DNA of 45,952 nucleotides from Candidatus Doudnabacteria bacterium (GTDB lineage: Bacteria; Patescibacteriota; Doudnabacteria; UBA920). The stretch's first letter is position 1; each line of letters opens with the position of its first letter. Shown in pieces: positions 9,901 to 18,831 of the stretch. Position numbers and translations under genes: made by a program. The DNA lies in contig JAEUSF010000007.1 in NCBI GenBank assembly GCA_016788665.1, positions 1 through 45,952 on the forward strand, read 5' to 3'. Under the pieces are notes generated by a model. That model saw nothing but the letters and a program-made list of their open reading frames with translations, was not told the DNA's origin and did not search any database.

Positions 9901-11379
9901 TTACTGAATGTATTTTGGTTTTAGTCCGGGCTTAAAGTACTTTTCGTGGCTGTACGGCCAAAGTTTAATTTTGGGTGTTAAATCTTTTTGCAGATTTTCG
10001 GTTAAAAATTTGTATTCGGAGTTTAAGTATTTTAACTCCCGAACCACTTCTTGTTGAATTTTTTTTATAAGCGCGCCGCTCGCGGTACTATGCGCTCTAA
10101 GTTCTATGTTTATTTCCAAAAATTCATCGAGGTTTTTTAAGTAGCCCTTCGTCATACTGAATTTCCCGGTAATTTCTTTCAAAAAGATTTTTTTGCTTAG
10201 AGCCTTATGTATATGCTGCGGATAAATATTGGCCGCATAAAATACTATTGCGTAGTCGCTGCGGCCGAAAAGAGCAATGTAGGGCAAATTCCAGTTGGGT
10301 TTATGGGCAGGAAAAAAATCAAGTATCTGCTGCTGCTTAACAATTCTGCCCTTGTCGTGTAAATTAAATCTGACTAAAGGAATGCCACTGTTGGAAGTAA
10401 ACAATAATTCCGAATTTTCCTCTTCTATGTATCTTAATGCGGGATTGTATTGGAAAAAGTTAAATAATTCCGTGCTATTCAACAACTTTTTTTCAAAGCC
10501 CAGACTTTCAATTTTTTTCTTTAAACCCACGGAGTCTGGTGTTTCGTATGCCATAAGAAGCATTTCAGAGGATCCGTAGGTGTTGAAAGCTCGGCAATTT
10601 TTCCCTCCCGCTTCCTGAATTATGTACTCTCGCCATTCTTCGCTAAAGCCTTCGCTGCAAAACATTAGGTTTAAGTGGTAGTTTTTCCATTTTATACCTT
10701 CTAACTTACCTGTCTCTATTACGTCTTTTAGGAAAAAAGGATGGCCTACTAAAATTAGCTGTTTAAAGTTTTGGCCTAAATTTTTTACTGCCTTTAAAAA
10801 TTCCTGTTTGTTGTTGCCTGGACAAATTACGCTAGCGTTGTATTTGTTTATAAGTTGCCAGACAGGCAGGGTGGTTGCTATACCTGACACATACACACCC
10901 ATTGGAAAGCCTATAATTACTAAGGTGCTGTGTTTTTCTATGGCAAATAAATTTCTAAACAGTAATTCGTGAGTTAAGACGGCTTCGTTTTCTTGTTCTT
11001 GGGACCTGGGCCAGTAGCTTGGTACGCCTTTGGTGCCTGAGCTTGAGGCTATAAGTTTAATATTGTCTAATTTTCCGTCCCAGCATCGGTCTTTGAGCTC
11101 GTATGACTGAATGTAATTTTGCTTGTCTGTATGAGGAATTGAAGACAGGTCGGTAATAGTTTTTATTTTGTCCGGGTTTACTTTGTTTTTTTTAAGAAAA
11201 TTTTTATAGGCTGGTACTCTTTTAGAAGCCGATTTAAAAATATTTAGTGCTATCTTTTCACCGGATTTATTCCAAAATTGTTCTGGTTTTTCTCTAAGAA
11301 GTTTTTCGGCCATGTGGGCTGGGTTTGGAGTGTTGGGCTTAGGCGTAACGGCGGAATGCGGAGAAAAAACATTTTTCAT
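9901..11379 (-). CDS. phenylacetate-CoA ligase (PaaK)-like adenylate-forming enzyme
   Basis: VPAY, P-loop SSSGTKG, YGSSE, PLVRFNLHD, GRSD and NIYP motifs. Confidence 0.85.
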   Translation of the reverse strand: MKNVFSPHSAVTPKPNTPNPAHMAEKLLREKPEQFWNKSGEKIALNIFKSASKRVPAYKNFLKKNKVNPDKIKTITDLSSIPHTDKQNYIQSYELKDRCWDGKLDNIKLIASSSGTKGVPSYWPRSQEQENEAVLTHELLFRNLFAIEKHSTLVIIGFPMGVYVSGIATTLPVWQLINKYNASVICPGNNKQEFLKAVKNLGQNFKQLILVGHPFFLKDVIETGKLEGIKWKNYHLNLMFCSEGFSEEWREYIIQEAGGKNCRAFNTYGSSEMLLMAYETPDSVGLKKKIESLGFEKKLLNSTELFNFFQYNPALRYIEEENSELLFTSNSGIPLVRFNLHDKGRIVKQQQILDFFPAHKPNWNLPYIALFGRSDYAIVFYAANIYPQHIHKALSKKIFLKEITGKFSMTKGYLKNLDEFLEINIELRAHSTASGALIKKIQQEVVRELKYLNSEYKFLTENLQKDLTPKIKLWPYSHEKYFKPGLKPKYIQ

Positions 11380-11381
11380 AA

Positions 11382-12932
11382 CTATATGTTTTTTAATTCT
11401 TGGACAATTTGGCTAAGTTCCGAAGTTATTTCGTTGTCAGAGTCAATAACAGGCAAGATTTTTCGGACAGCGTTGTAAAGTTGCTTGGTTTCGTTGGACA
11501 GACTATTTTTGATTTTAAGTATGTCGACGGCTTGGGCAAGCGCTACGGCCTCGATAGATAAAACAATAAATGCATTTTCTATAATTTTATGAGTAAATAA
11601 GGCTGCATCTGTTCCCATACTTACCACGTCTTGGTTGTCGCCATTGGTAGAAATAGAATGTGCGCTCATGGGATAAGCTAAAGTTTGGCTGTTCGCTGTT
11701 GTAGATGTGGCTACAAACTGTAAGCCTTGTAGAGCTAATGTAAGTCCCGGGGTATTTATGTTCAAAAATGGCGGCAAATTTTTTTCTATGTTGGGGTTTA
11801 AAAAGAAATTGACTCGCCTTTCCGACAGCATGGTTAATTTGACCAAGCTAGTTTTCAAATGATCCATGGTTTGTGCTATGTATTCGCCGTGGAAATTTCC
11901 GCCATGCAAAAAATCTTTACTTTCCAAATCTACAATCGGGTTGTCTGTAACGGAGTTTATTTCTACTTCTGTTTCCAGAGAAGATTTTTGTAATGCATCA
12001 TATATAGGTCCGAGTATTTGGGAAATGCACCTTAAAGAATAAACTTCTTGGACTTTTTCTGAAATATGGTTAACCTCTTTGCCCGTGTTAACTTGCGAGT
12101 AGAGTGCTTTTCTATTTTTTATACGTTTGGAAGAGGCAAGAATTCTTCGCATTTCGGAAGCTATTGCAACTTGGCCTTTGTGGGGTCTTAAGCTGTGGAG
12201 TTTTTCTGAAAAACTGTCATTGTAGCCGCCTACTATTTCCAAAGCCATACAACCGAGTGTGGTTGAGAGTTTTAAAAGCCTAGAAGCTTCCGCGCACGCT
12301 AAGGCGGCTATGCCCGACATCATGCTAGTACCGTTAATAAGCGAAAGACCTTCTTTTGGCCCTAGGTTATGAGACTGTAGCTTAAAGCTCTTTAAGGCTT
12401 CGGAGGCTTTTTGAATTTTGTTGTTTATGGATACCTGTCCTTTGCCAATAAATGCCAAGGCTATGTGTGCAAGCTGAACGAGGTCTCCGCTTGTACCAAC
12501 TGCGCCGTGTTCGGGTACTATGGGTATAATTCGGTTATTTACAAATTGTTCAAGGCGTATTAAAAGTTCTTCAGATACGCCTGAATAGCCTTTTAACAGA
12601 GTATTTAGCCTAACCACCATTGCCGCTAACACGAACTGGTCTGGAAGCTTGGGGCCCATTCCGACCGCATGACTGTTAATTAGGTTGTACTGAAGTTTTA
12701 TTAGGTCGGCTTTGGGTAATATGTAGCTCGCCATAGGACCGAACCCTGTGTTTATGCCGTATGTAATTTTTTTGTTTTCGGTCGCGGCCTGCTCGACAAA
12801 TTTTCTAGTTTTCTTTACGAAGCCCAGGCTTTTTATATCTAAGCTGACTTTAAGGGAATTATTTTTGGTAATTTCAGCAATTTTTTCAACAGTTAAATTT
12901 TTACCGTCTAGGGTATATGTTTTTTGTTTCAA
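11382..12932 (-). CDS. MIO-dependent aromatic amino acid ammonia-lyase, likely tyrosine/phenylalanine ammonia-lyase
   Basis: YGINTGFG, MIO triad in GTSGDL, NGT, YSLRC, HGGNFHG; NQD (not HAL-type NQED); TTG start. Confidence 0.88.
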   Translation of the reverse strand: MKQKTYTLDGKNLTVEKIAEITKNNSLKVSLDIKSLGFVKKTRKFVEQAATENKKITYGINTGFGPMASYILPKADLIKLQYNLINSHAVGMGPKLPDQFVLAAMVVRLNTLLKGYSGVSEELLIRLEQFVNNRIIPIVPEHGAVGTSGDLVQLAHIALAFIGKGQVSINNKIQKASEALKSFKLQSHNLGPKEGLSLINGTSMMSGIAALACAEASRLLKLSTTLGCMALEIVGGYNDSFSEKLHSLRPHKGQVAIASEMRRILASSKRIKNRKALYSQVNTGKEVNHISEKVQEVYSLRCISQILGPIYDALQKSSLETEVEINSVTDNPIVDLESKDFLHGGNFHGEYIAQTMDHLKTSLVKLTMLSERRVNFFLNPNIEKNLPPFLNINTPGLTLALQGLQFVATSTTANSQTLAYPMSAHSISTNGDNQDVVSMGTDAALFTHKIIENAFIVLSIEAVALAQAVDILKIKNSLSNETKQLYNAVRKILPVIDSDNEITSELSQIVQELKNI

Positions 12933-12987
12933 GTTTGTTTCTTTAAATATGAGTAATTATATCATATTCCGCTTACCTTCCCTATTA

Positions 12988-13016
12988 TTGACGACCGGTT
13001 TGTAAAATAGTAATAT
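12988..13016 (+). promoter_or_regulatory. sigma70-like promoter of the 13045 orphan
   Basis: TTGACG-17 nt-TAATAT. Confidence 0.5.
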
Positions 13017-13044
13017 AAGTGGTTCGGGATTTACAGGAGGGCTT

Positions 13045-13569
13045 ATGCTGAAGAAAATTCTGTGGGCTTTATTGGCCGCGTGGACGGTATTTACAACCGC
13101 GGCTACTTACCTTTTCCTTTATGGAGGGCCAAAAAATATCCCCTTCCCTTTCCCTGACCAGGGGCACTGCACGCTGGAGGCGTCCAGTGATAAGGCCAGG
13201 AAGGATCTGGCGGCTTCGCTCGAAACCGCGGGTGTAGTAAGGCTAAATTACTCGTTTCTTGCCGGTCAAACCCGGCAGACACTTATGACAGACAACAGAA
13301 CGGTTGTACTGTCAAAAGAAATAGAGGGTATTATTGGCAGGTTGCCTGGCAACTCCAGGTCATTTGTGGTGGAGGATCCGAGCGCGTCGGCGCTGGGCTT
13401 CTCTGCCGACTTGATTGGTCGGGGGTGGGAGTCGGTTGTTTATGACATGACGCCCAACACTTCCCCGCCAAGGAGTTTGATGGTAGTGGAAACCGAGGCG
13501 CTCAAAAACGCCGTGATTGTATTTAGGCGCCATAGCATGAATATGGGCCAGCTCTACATACTCCCCTAA
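13045..13569 (+). CDS. orphan protein with N-terminal signal/TM segment
   Basis: AGGAGG SD; GC-richer than flanks; followed by a terminator at 13569-13600. Confidence 0.75.
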   Translation: MLKKILWALLAAWTVFTTAATYLFLYGGPKNIPFPFPDQGHCTLEASSDKARKDLAASLETAGVVRLNYSFLAGQTRQTLMTDNRTVVLSKEIEGIIGRLPGNSRSFVVEDPSASALGFSADLIGRGWESVVYDMTPNTSPPRSLMVVETEALKNAVIVFRRHSMNMGQLYILP

Positions 13570-13623
13570 AGGTGCTTTTTTATAAGCGCCTTATTTTTTT
13601 GTGCTATAATAAAAACAATATAT

Positions 13624-14016
13624 ATGCCAGATTTGAAACAGACAAAAATTTTGGTTGCCGAAGACGACCCTGCTATGGCAGAAATTGTGGTTCATAAATT
13701 GACCACAACGGGTTTCAGTGTAAGGCACGCCTCCGACGGCGCAAAGGCTTTGGAGATGTTTAAGGCAGAAACTCCAGATATTATGCTTTTAGACCTTATG
13801 ATGCCCGAAATGGATGGCTTTCAGGTGCTAGAAGCTATTCGAGGAGACTCCGACAAGAAAAAGGCAGAAACACCTGTTATTGTCTTGAGTAACCTTTGGA
13901 GTAACCAAGATATTCTAAAGGCCAAAAGCCTTAAGGCCGACGATTATATGGTTAAAGCGTACTTTACAACCGAAGAGATCTTAAACAAAATAAACGCAAT
14001 ACTGCATTTGCACTAA
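13624..14016 (+). CDS. single-domain response regulator (receiver)
   Basis: AEDD, LLDLMMPEMDG, VIVLSN and MVKA motifs; TGcTATAAT extended -10 at 13602-13610. Confidence 0.93.
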   Translation: MPDLKQTKILVAEDDPAMAEIVVHKLTTTGFSVRHASDGAKALEMFKAETPDIMLLDLMMPEMDGFQVLEAIRGDSDKKKAETPVIVLSNLWSNQDILKAKSLKADDYMVKAYFTTEEILNKINAILHLH

Positions 14017-14057
14017 AAAAATACCGCCTCCTTTACAGGTAGGGCGGTATTTTTTTT
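14016..14057. terminator. bidirectional terminator between the response regulator and HU
   Basis: A-tract, ATACCGCC-loop-GGCGGTAT, T-tract. Confidence 0.8.
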
Positions 14058-14062
14058 ATTAA

Positions 14063-14335
14063 CTAGAGAATCGCATCTTTGGCGGCTTTGAGTACACGGA
14101 ATTTGATAACAGTCTTGGCAGGGATTTGTATAGACTCACCAGTTGCCGGATTGCGACCCATTCTGGCTTCGCGGCGCTTTTTAATAAGCTTGCCCAAACC
14201 TGGGATGGTGAATTCGCCTTCTTTTTTTGTAACCTGGTAAGCCATTTCAACCAAGGCTTCTACATATTCGTTGACTTCTTTGCGGGTCTTGCCCAATTTG
14301 TCGGCCAAGGCTTGCAAAATTTCTGACTTTGTCAT
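14063..14335 (-). CDS. hup: DNA-binding protein HU
   Basis: MTKSE start with AAGGA SD; GRNPATGE motif. Confidence 0.95.
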   Translation of the reverse strand: MTKSEILQALADKLGKTRKEVNEYVEALVEMAYQVTKKEGEFTIPGLGKLIKKRREARMGRNPATGESIQIPAKTVIKFRVLKAAKDAIL

Positions 14336-14548
14336 TGTTTTATTTCCTTTTTCCAACAACACTGTTGTTGGAGTTAAATTACTTTTTTAACTTATATTAA
14401 GTTAATATTAACAAAAACCCTATTAAAATCAAGGGTTTTTGTACACATGTCAAGACTCTGCAAGAATATTTTCATAATTATTCAGTTTGGCAAACTACTA
14501 TTTTGGCTTAAATAAAAGAAAAAAGCCTCAAGAGTGGAAGAAGGCTTT

Positions 14549-14686
14549 TTAGTCCAGGCCGTTGCCTATTGCGGTTGTAATTCTGGGTTTTTTTTGTTTA
14601 GGTTTTAAGTTAATTAGCTTTTCGCTAACCCGTTCCATAAAGTCTGAAACGTGGCCCAGAACAAACATGAATATAAGCCAGCCCAT
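14549..14686 (-). CDS. small orphan protein, 45 aa (MGWLIFMFVLGHVSDFMERVSEKLINLKPKQKKPRITTAIGNGLD)
   Basis: AAGGGGGA SD-like site; downstream hairpin at about 14520-14550. Confidence 0.45.
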   Translation of the reverse strand: MGWLIFMFVLGHVSDFMERVSEKLINLKPKQKKPRITTAIGNGLD

Positions 14687-14705
14687 CGTGACATCCCCCT
14701 TTTTT

Positions 14706-15731
14706 TTATTTAACTAGCATTCCGTCGCCAAATGAAAAGAATCGTAACTTCTTTTCAATAGCATCATTGTAAAGTTTAAGAAGCTCTTTTCTGCCCGTCA
14801 GTGCTGAGACTAGCATAAGCAGACTGCTCTCAGGTACGTGAAAATTTGTAATTAGACAGTCGGTCATTTTAAATTTATAACCAGGTGAAATAAATAAGTC
14901 TGTGCTGTTTTTAAGCTTTCTGGATTTCGCAAAAGATTCCAAAGTCCTTACGACGGTTGTTCCAACGGCTACAATTGGCTTTTTTTGCTTTTTTGCATTA
15001 ATTAAAAATTCAGCCGTTTTTTTATCAATATAATAATTTTCCAGATGAAGTTTTTGCTTTTTTAGCTGTTCTTCAGTGAGTTTGGCAAAAGTTCCTAGAT
15101 TTACGTCCAGTCTAACGTATTTTAGTTGAATGCCTTTTTTCTTAATTTCTTTTAAAAGGTTTTGAGTAAAATGAAGAGAGGCCGTGGGCGCTGCAACAGA
15201 CTCACCTTTTTTGGCAAAAATTGTTTGGTAGGCTCCCCTTCTTTGTTTTTCTGTGAGCGGTGAATCTTTCATGTAAGGAGGTAAGGGCGTGAGTCCATGC
15301 TGTAGCAGTATGGATTGTATTTTATTTTTTGAAATAGGCGTTTTAATAAAATAAACGCCGTTATGCTTTTTTTCTACCCTGAACTTATGTGAAGTATTTT
15401 CAAAAAATAATTCTTCGCCCGGATTTAAATTTTTGTTTGCAAGTATTTTTAAATATTTTTCTTCGAAACTTAAATACAGGGCATTAACTTTTCCCCCGGT
15501 TGGCTTATAAAGGTTAAATCTGGCCGGTATTACACGAGTTTGGTTAAAAACTAAAATTGCATTTGCGGGTAAGAAATTTGCCAGGTTTTTAAAAGTGCTA
15601 TAAGTAGTTATTTTAGAATTTCTGTCATATACTAAAAGCCGGGCTGCATCGCGCGGCTCGGAAGGTTTTTTAGCTATTAGCTCTTTCGGTAGGTTGTAAT
15701 TGTAGAGCTTATTTACTTGATTTATTTTCAC
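14706..15731 (-). CDS. queA: S-adenosylmethionine:tRNA ribosyltransferase-isomerase
   Basis: PLPPY, YQT, SVAAPTASLHF, VGTTVVRTLE, TNFH and FFSFGD motifs. Confidence 0.96.
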   Translation of the reverse strand: MKINQVNKLYNYNLPKELIAKKPSEPRDAARLLVYDRNSKITTYSTFKNLANFLPANAILVFNQTRVIPARFNLYKPTGGKVNALYLSFEEKYLKILANKNLNPGEELFFENTSHKFRVEKKHNGVYFIKTPISKNKIQSILLQHGLTPLPPYMKDSPLTEKQRRGAYQTIFAKKGESVAAPTASLHFTQNLLKEIKKKGIQLKYVRLDVNLGTFAKLTEEQLKKQKLHLENYYIDKKTAEFLINAKKQKKPIVAVGTTVVRTLESFAKSRKLKNSTDLFISPGYKFKMTDCLITNFHVPESSLLMLVSALTGRKELLKLYNDAIEKKLRFFSFGDGMLVK

Positions 15732-16161
15732 CGCTTTGTAATAAAGTTAGGGCCTTTTCTAATTCTGTCAGATACTCTTGCAAAAAAAACATTTTGCTAT
15801 TTTCTTCACGAAAATTTTCGAAAATTTTCGAAAATTTTTCCGAAGTAGCATGCTGGATAATTTTTTCTAGGATTTCAAATATATTTTTTAAGGAAGTAAA
15901 AATATAAATACGAGGATTGATTTTGCGATCTGCCCCCGGGCCTGCCATATTAGCTAGATGGCCCATGGGATTATGGTCTGAGTGCGCCCATTGTTCGTTA
16001 ATATTGTTCAGCCGAAGTTGGTTAGCAGAATTTTTTGCGTAAAGGAGTAATTCTTGTATATTTTTGAGTTCTTCAGACAGCTTGTTTAAATTAGTTTCGA
16101 AACCGGCTTCTTTTGTCGTAAACTCTTGAAATAAACCAATAAATCTTTCGAAACGGGACAT
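15709..16161 (-). CDS. hypothetical protein
   Basis: 150-aa ORF overlapping the queA start. Confidence 0.65.
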   Translation of the reverse strand: MSRFERFIGLFQEFTTKEAGFETNLNKLSEELKNIQELLLYAKNSANQLRLNNINEQWAHSDHNPMGHLANMAGPGADRKINPRIYIFTSLKNIFEILEKIIQHATSEKFSKIFENFREENSKMFFLQEYLTELEKALTLLQSGENKSSK

Positions 16162-16196
16162 AATTTTATTCTGAATTATTTTTTACAGTTTAGCCT

Positions 16197-16239
16197 AATT
16201 TAAAACACCCGTCCATACTTTGAACGGGTGTTTTAAATT
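16197..16239 (-). terminator. intrinsic terminator after the 35-aa peptide
   Basis: AATTTAAAACACCCGT-loop-ACGGGTGTTTTAAATT. Confidence 0.7.
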
Positions 16240-16345
16240 ATCTGCCGTATTCGCCAAAGCCGCTTCCAGCGGCACCAGGGTCAACCTGGGTTGAGCCAAA
16301 ACCCTGTCCCTGACCCGATTCGACTTCTGCCATATAAATAGTCAT
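16238..16345 (-). CDS. Gly-rich peptide, 35 aa (MTIYMAEVESGQGQGFGSTQVDPGAAGSGFGEYGR)
   Basis: AAGGAG SD; own terminator; GC-richer; missed by the ORF track. Confidence 0.6.
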   Translation of the reverse strand: MTIYMAEVESGQGQGFGSTQVDPGAAGSGFGEYGR

Positions 16346-16448
16346 GCGTTTTACTCCTTTGTACCTTAATTCTTAAATTTAGAGAAGGTAAGGTATTAAT
16401 GACTATTTGTACTTTACCATGCAGGGCTTAAAAATATCTGAAAAACTG

Positions 16449-17465
16449 CTAAAGATTTCTACGGAAAAAATCTACACAGTCTTGCATAAAATTGTTCCAG
16501 GTAGGAGGTGTAAATTCGTGTGGCTGATTTTCATATTCCACAAGTTCCGCTTGTTTTCCGAGTTCTTGGAGTATTTTTACGCTCCGCCTGCTCCAGTCTA
16601 TAGGCACATCTTTGTCGTTGTTACCGTGGAAATATAGCATCGGTGTTTGAATTTGACTATAAAAATTTTCGGCGGAAATATTTTTCCAAAAATCTAAGGT
16701 TTCTGTTGGCAAGCCGTATTTATTTGCAATTGCTTGGGCTATTTCAGGCCGGGACTTAGTCCATCTTTCGTAGCTTTCTTCGGCTTGACCGCTAACCGGA
16801 GCGTATAGTACCGCTGCTTTTATTAGATCCGGCTTTGTAACTAAAATATTCTGGGTTATTCCTCCTCCCATACTGTGTCCGAGCATGCCAAATTTTTCTT
16901 TACTTAGATTAGAAAAGTTGCTGTTTTTTACAGCCATAACGGCATTTATAACATCTTCTGTATAGCCGAGGCGGAAATTGTATTCTTCGTTTGGGTCCTT
17001 GTCACTTTCGGCATGGTTTCTGTAATCACTATGTAACACAGCAAAGCCATTTTTTGCCAAAAAGTCCTGCTCGCGTCTAAGTCCCCTGCCGTTTGTGTAT
17101 ACGGAGGTGTCAATATAGCCATGGTTCAAAAATAGAACAGGCCATCCGTCTTTTGGAGGGGTGCCTTTGGGAATGTTTAGAATTCCAGAAATTAGCAGGC
17201 TTCCGCTCTGGTAAGTAATATAGCGTCTTGTGTAGCTGGTTGTTTCCGCTAGCGTTTTACCTAAGGTTAGACTGTTACCGTTTAATTCCTTACCTGCTAA
17301 AGTTTGCAGAGACGTTTCGTCGAAATTTTTTGGCACAGCTGGCTCGTCAGATATAGTTGAATTAATATTTGTATTTTGAATTGAGCCGGGTTTCTGACTT
17401 GCTAGGTTAGAACAGCTAGCGCCAATCAAAAACAACGCTAAAATAAGATAGGTGCTTTTATTCAT
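16449..17465 (-). CDS. lipoprotein alpha/beta hydrolase (S9 peptidase-like)
   Basis: lipobox IGASC; HGY, GHSMGG, HGNNDKDVP and HEF. Confidence 0.88.
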   Translation of the reverse strand: MNKSTYLILALFLIGASCSNLASQKPGSIQNTNINSTISDEPAVPKNFDETSLQTLAGKELNGNSLTLGKTLAETTSYTRRYITYQSGSLLISGILNIPKGTPPKDGWPVLFLNHGYIDTSVYTNGRGLRREQDFLAKNGFAVLHSDYRNHAESDKDPNEEYNFRLGYTEDVINAVMAVKNSNFSNLSKEKFGMLGHSMGGGITQNILVTKPDLIKAAVLYAPVSGQAEESYERWTKSRPEIAQAIANKYGLPTETLDFWKNISAENFYSQIQTPMLYFHGNNDKDVPIDWSRRSVKILQELGKQAELVEYENQPHEFTPPTWNNFMQDCVDFFRRNL

Positions 17466-17522
17466 AACTCAATTTTATAAATAGATAGTTAAAAATAAAT
17501 TAGCGCAATAAAACACAGTTGT

Positions 17523-18695
17523 TTAAAAGTAGGTTTTGCCCTTTAGTTCATCTGGCAGGTAGTCTTCAGTTTCAGGATACATTTCGTAAGATTTTCCATA
17601 ACCTAAATCTTTTAGGAGTTTTGTCGGGGCATTTCGTAAATATAGGGGTATTGGTAGATTGCCGTAAGTTTTTGCATCATCCAAGGCTTTGAAGTATGCG
17701 TCGTATGAGGATCTGTCTTTTTTGCATTGGCTTAGGTAGCATGTTCCATGAGCCAGGTTTATTGCGCATTCTGGGTAACCAATTTTTTGACAAGCTTCAA
17801 AAACTGCGTTAGTAACCACCAAAGCGGTGGGCTGTGCCAGGCCTATGTCTTCGCTGGCAAATATTACCATTCTTCTTGCAATAAAAAGAGGGTCCTCGCC
17901 AGATTCTAGCATTCGAGCTAAATAATATAGTGCCGCATTAGTATTGCTTGCCCTCATGGATTTTATGAAGGCGGAGATTGTGTTGTAGTGTTCTTCTCCG
18001 TTTTTATCGTAGCGCAAAGTTTTGGACTGAAAAGTATTTTTCAGGGTTTCGGTCGTAACTTTTCCGTGCAGACTAAATGTGTTGTCTAAAAGAGTTAATG
18101 CCTGGCGGGCATCGCCGCCTGACATTTGAACGATTAAGTCCACGGCATCGGTAACTACCGAGGACGGCTCTCTGCTATTTTGGAGAGGATCGTTCTTTGC
18201 AAAACTAAGAGCTGTTGTAATTATCTGTTTCATTTCCTCGGGCGTTAGCTCGTTTAAGACAAATACACGGCAGCGGGAAATAAGAGCTGGTATTATTTCA
18301 AAAGACGGGTTTTCTGTGGTGGCTCCAATTATGTAGAGCTTTCCGTTTTCTACGTGTGGAAGTAAAAAATCTTGCTGAGCTTTGTTGAAGCGGTGGATTT
18401 CATCTAAGAACAAAATTTTAGGTTGGCCAAGCATTGAGGGTTTATCCACAATTTTCCTTATATCCTCTTTACCTGCGCTGACGGCGGAGAGCTCGTGGTA
18501 TTCAGCGTTAACGGCTTTTGCATAAATCCGGGCTAAGGTGGTTTTGCCTACCCCTGGTGGTCCCCACAGAATAAAGCTAAATAAATGTTTTTGCCCAATA
18601 GCAAGATTTAAAGGCTTTCCGGGCCCTACTAAATGGGCTTGCCCGACATAAGCGTTTAAAGTTGTGGGCCTAAGTTTGCTCGCGAGAGGTTCCAT
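17523..18695 (-). CDS. rarA: replication-associated recombination protein A (AAA+)
   Basis: PLASKLRP, GPPGVGKT, DEIHRFNKAQQD and ASEDIG motifs. Confidence 0.96.
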   Translation of the reverse strand: MEPLASKLRPTTLNAYVGQAHLVGPGKPLNLAIGQKHLFSFILWGPPGVGKTTLARIYAKAVNAEYHELSAVSAGKEDIRKIVDKPSMLGQPKILFLDEIHRFNKAQQDFLLPHVENGKLYIIGATTENPSFEIIPALISRCRVFVLNELTPEEMKQIITTALSFAKNDPLQNSREPSSVVTDAVDLIVQMSGGDARQALTLLDNTFSLHGKVTTETLKNTFQSKTLRYDKNGEEHYNTISAFIKSMRASNTNAALYYLARMLESGEDPLFIARRMVIFASEDIGLAQPTALVVTNAVFEACQKIGYPECAINLAHGTCYLSQCKKDRSSYDAYFKALDDAKTYGNLPIPLYLRNAPTKLLKDLGYGKSYEMYPETEDYLPDELKGKTYF

Positions 18696-18831
18696 AAAAA
18701 GATTGAGTTTGTATATAGTATACGAATGTATACCTTATAAAAATATCATTTTAATAACCTGTAGTCAATTCATAAAAAATACCGCTTAATTTATAGCGGT
18801 AAAATTTACTATTTTGAAAATAAAATATTGT

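Noticed and set aside
11382-12932. hutH of histidine catabolism
   Set aside because: It lacks the HAL-type Glu (NQD versus NQED), no other hut genes are in the window, and the context is biosynthetic.
15809-15841. CGAAAATTTT tandem palindromic repeat
   Set aside because: It is a short low-complexity coding repeat (KFSKIFENF) found in one place only.
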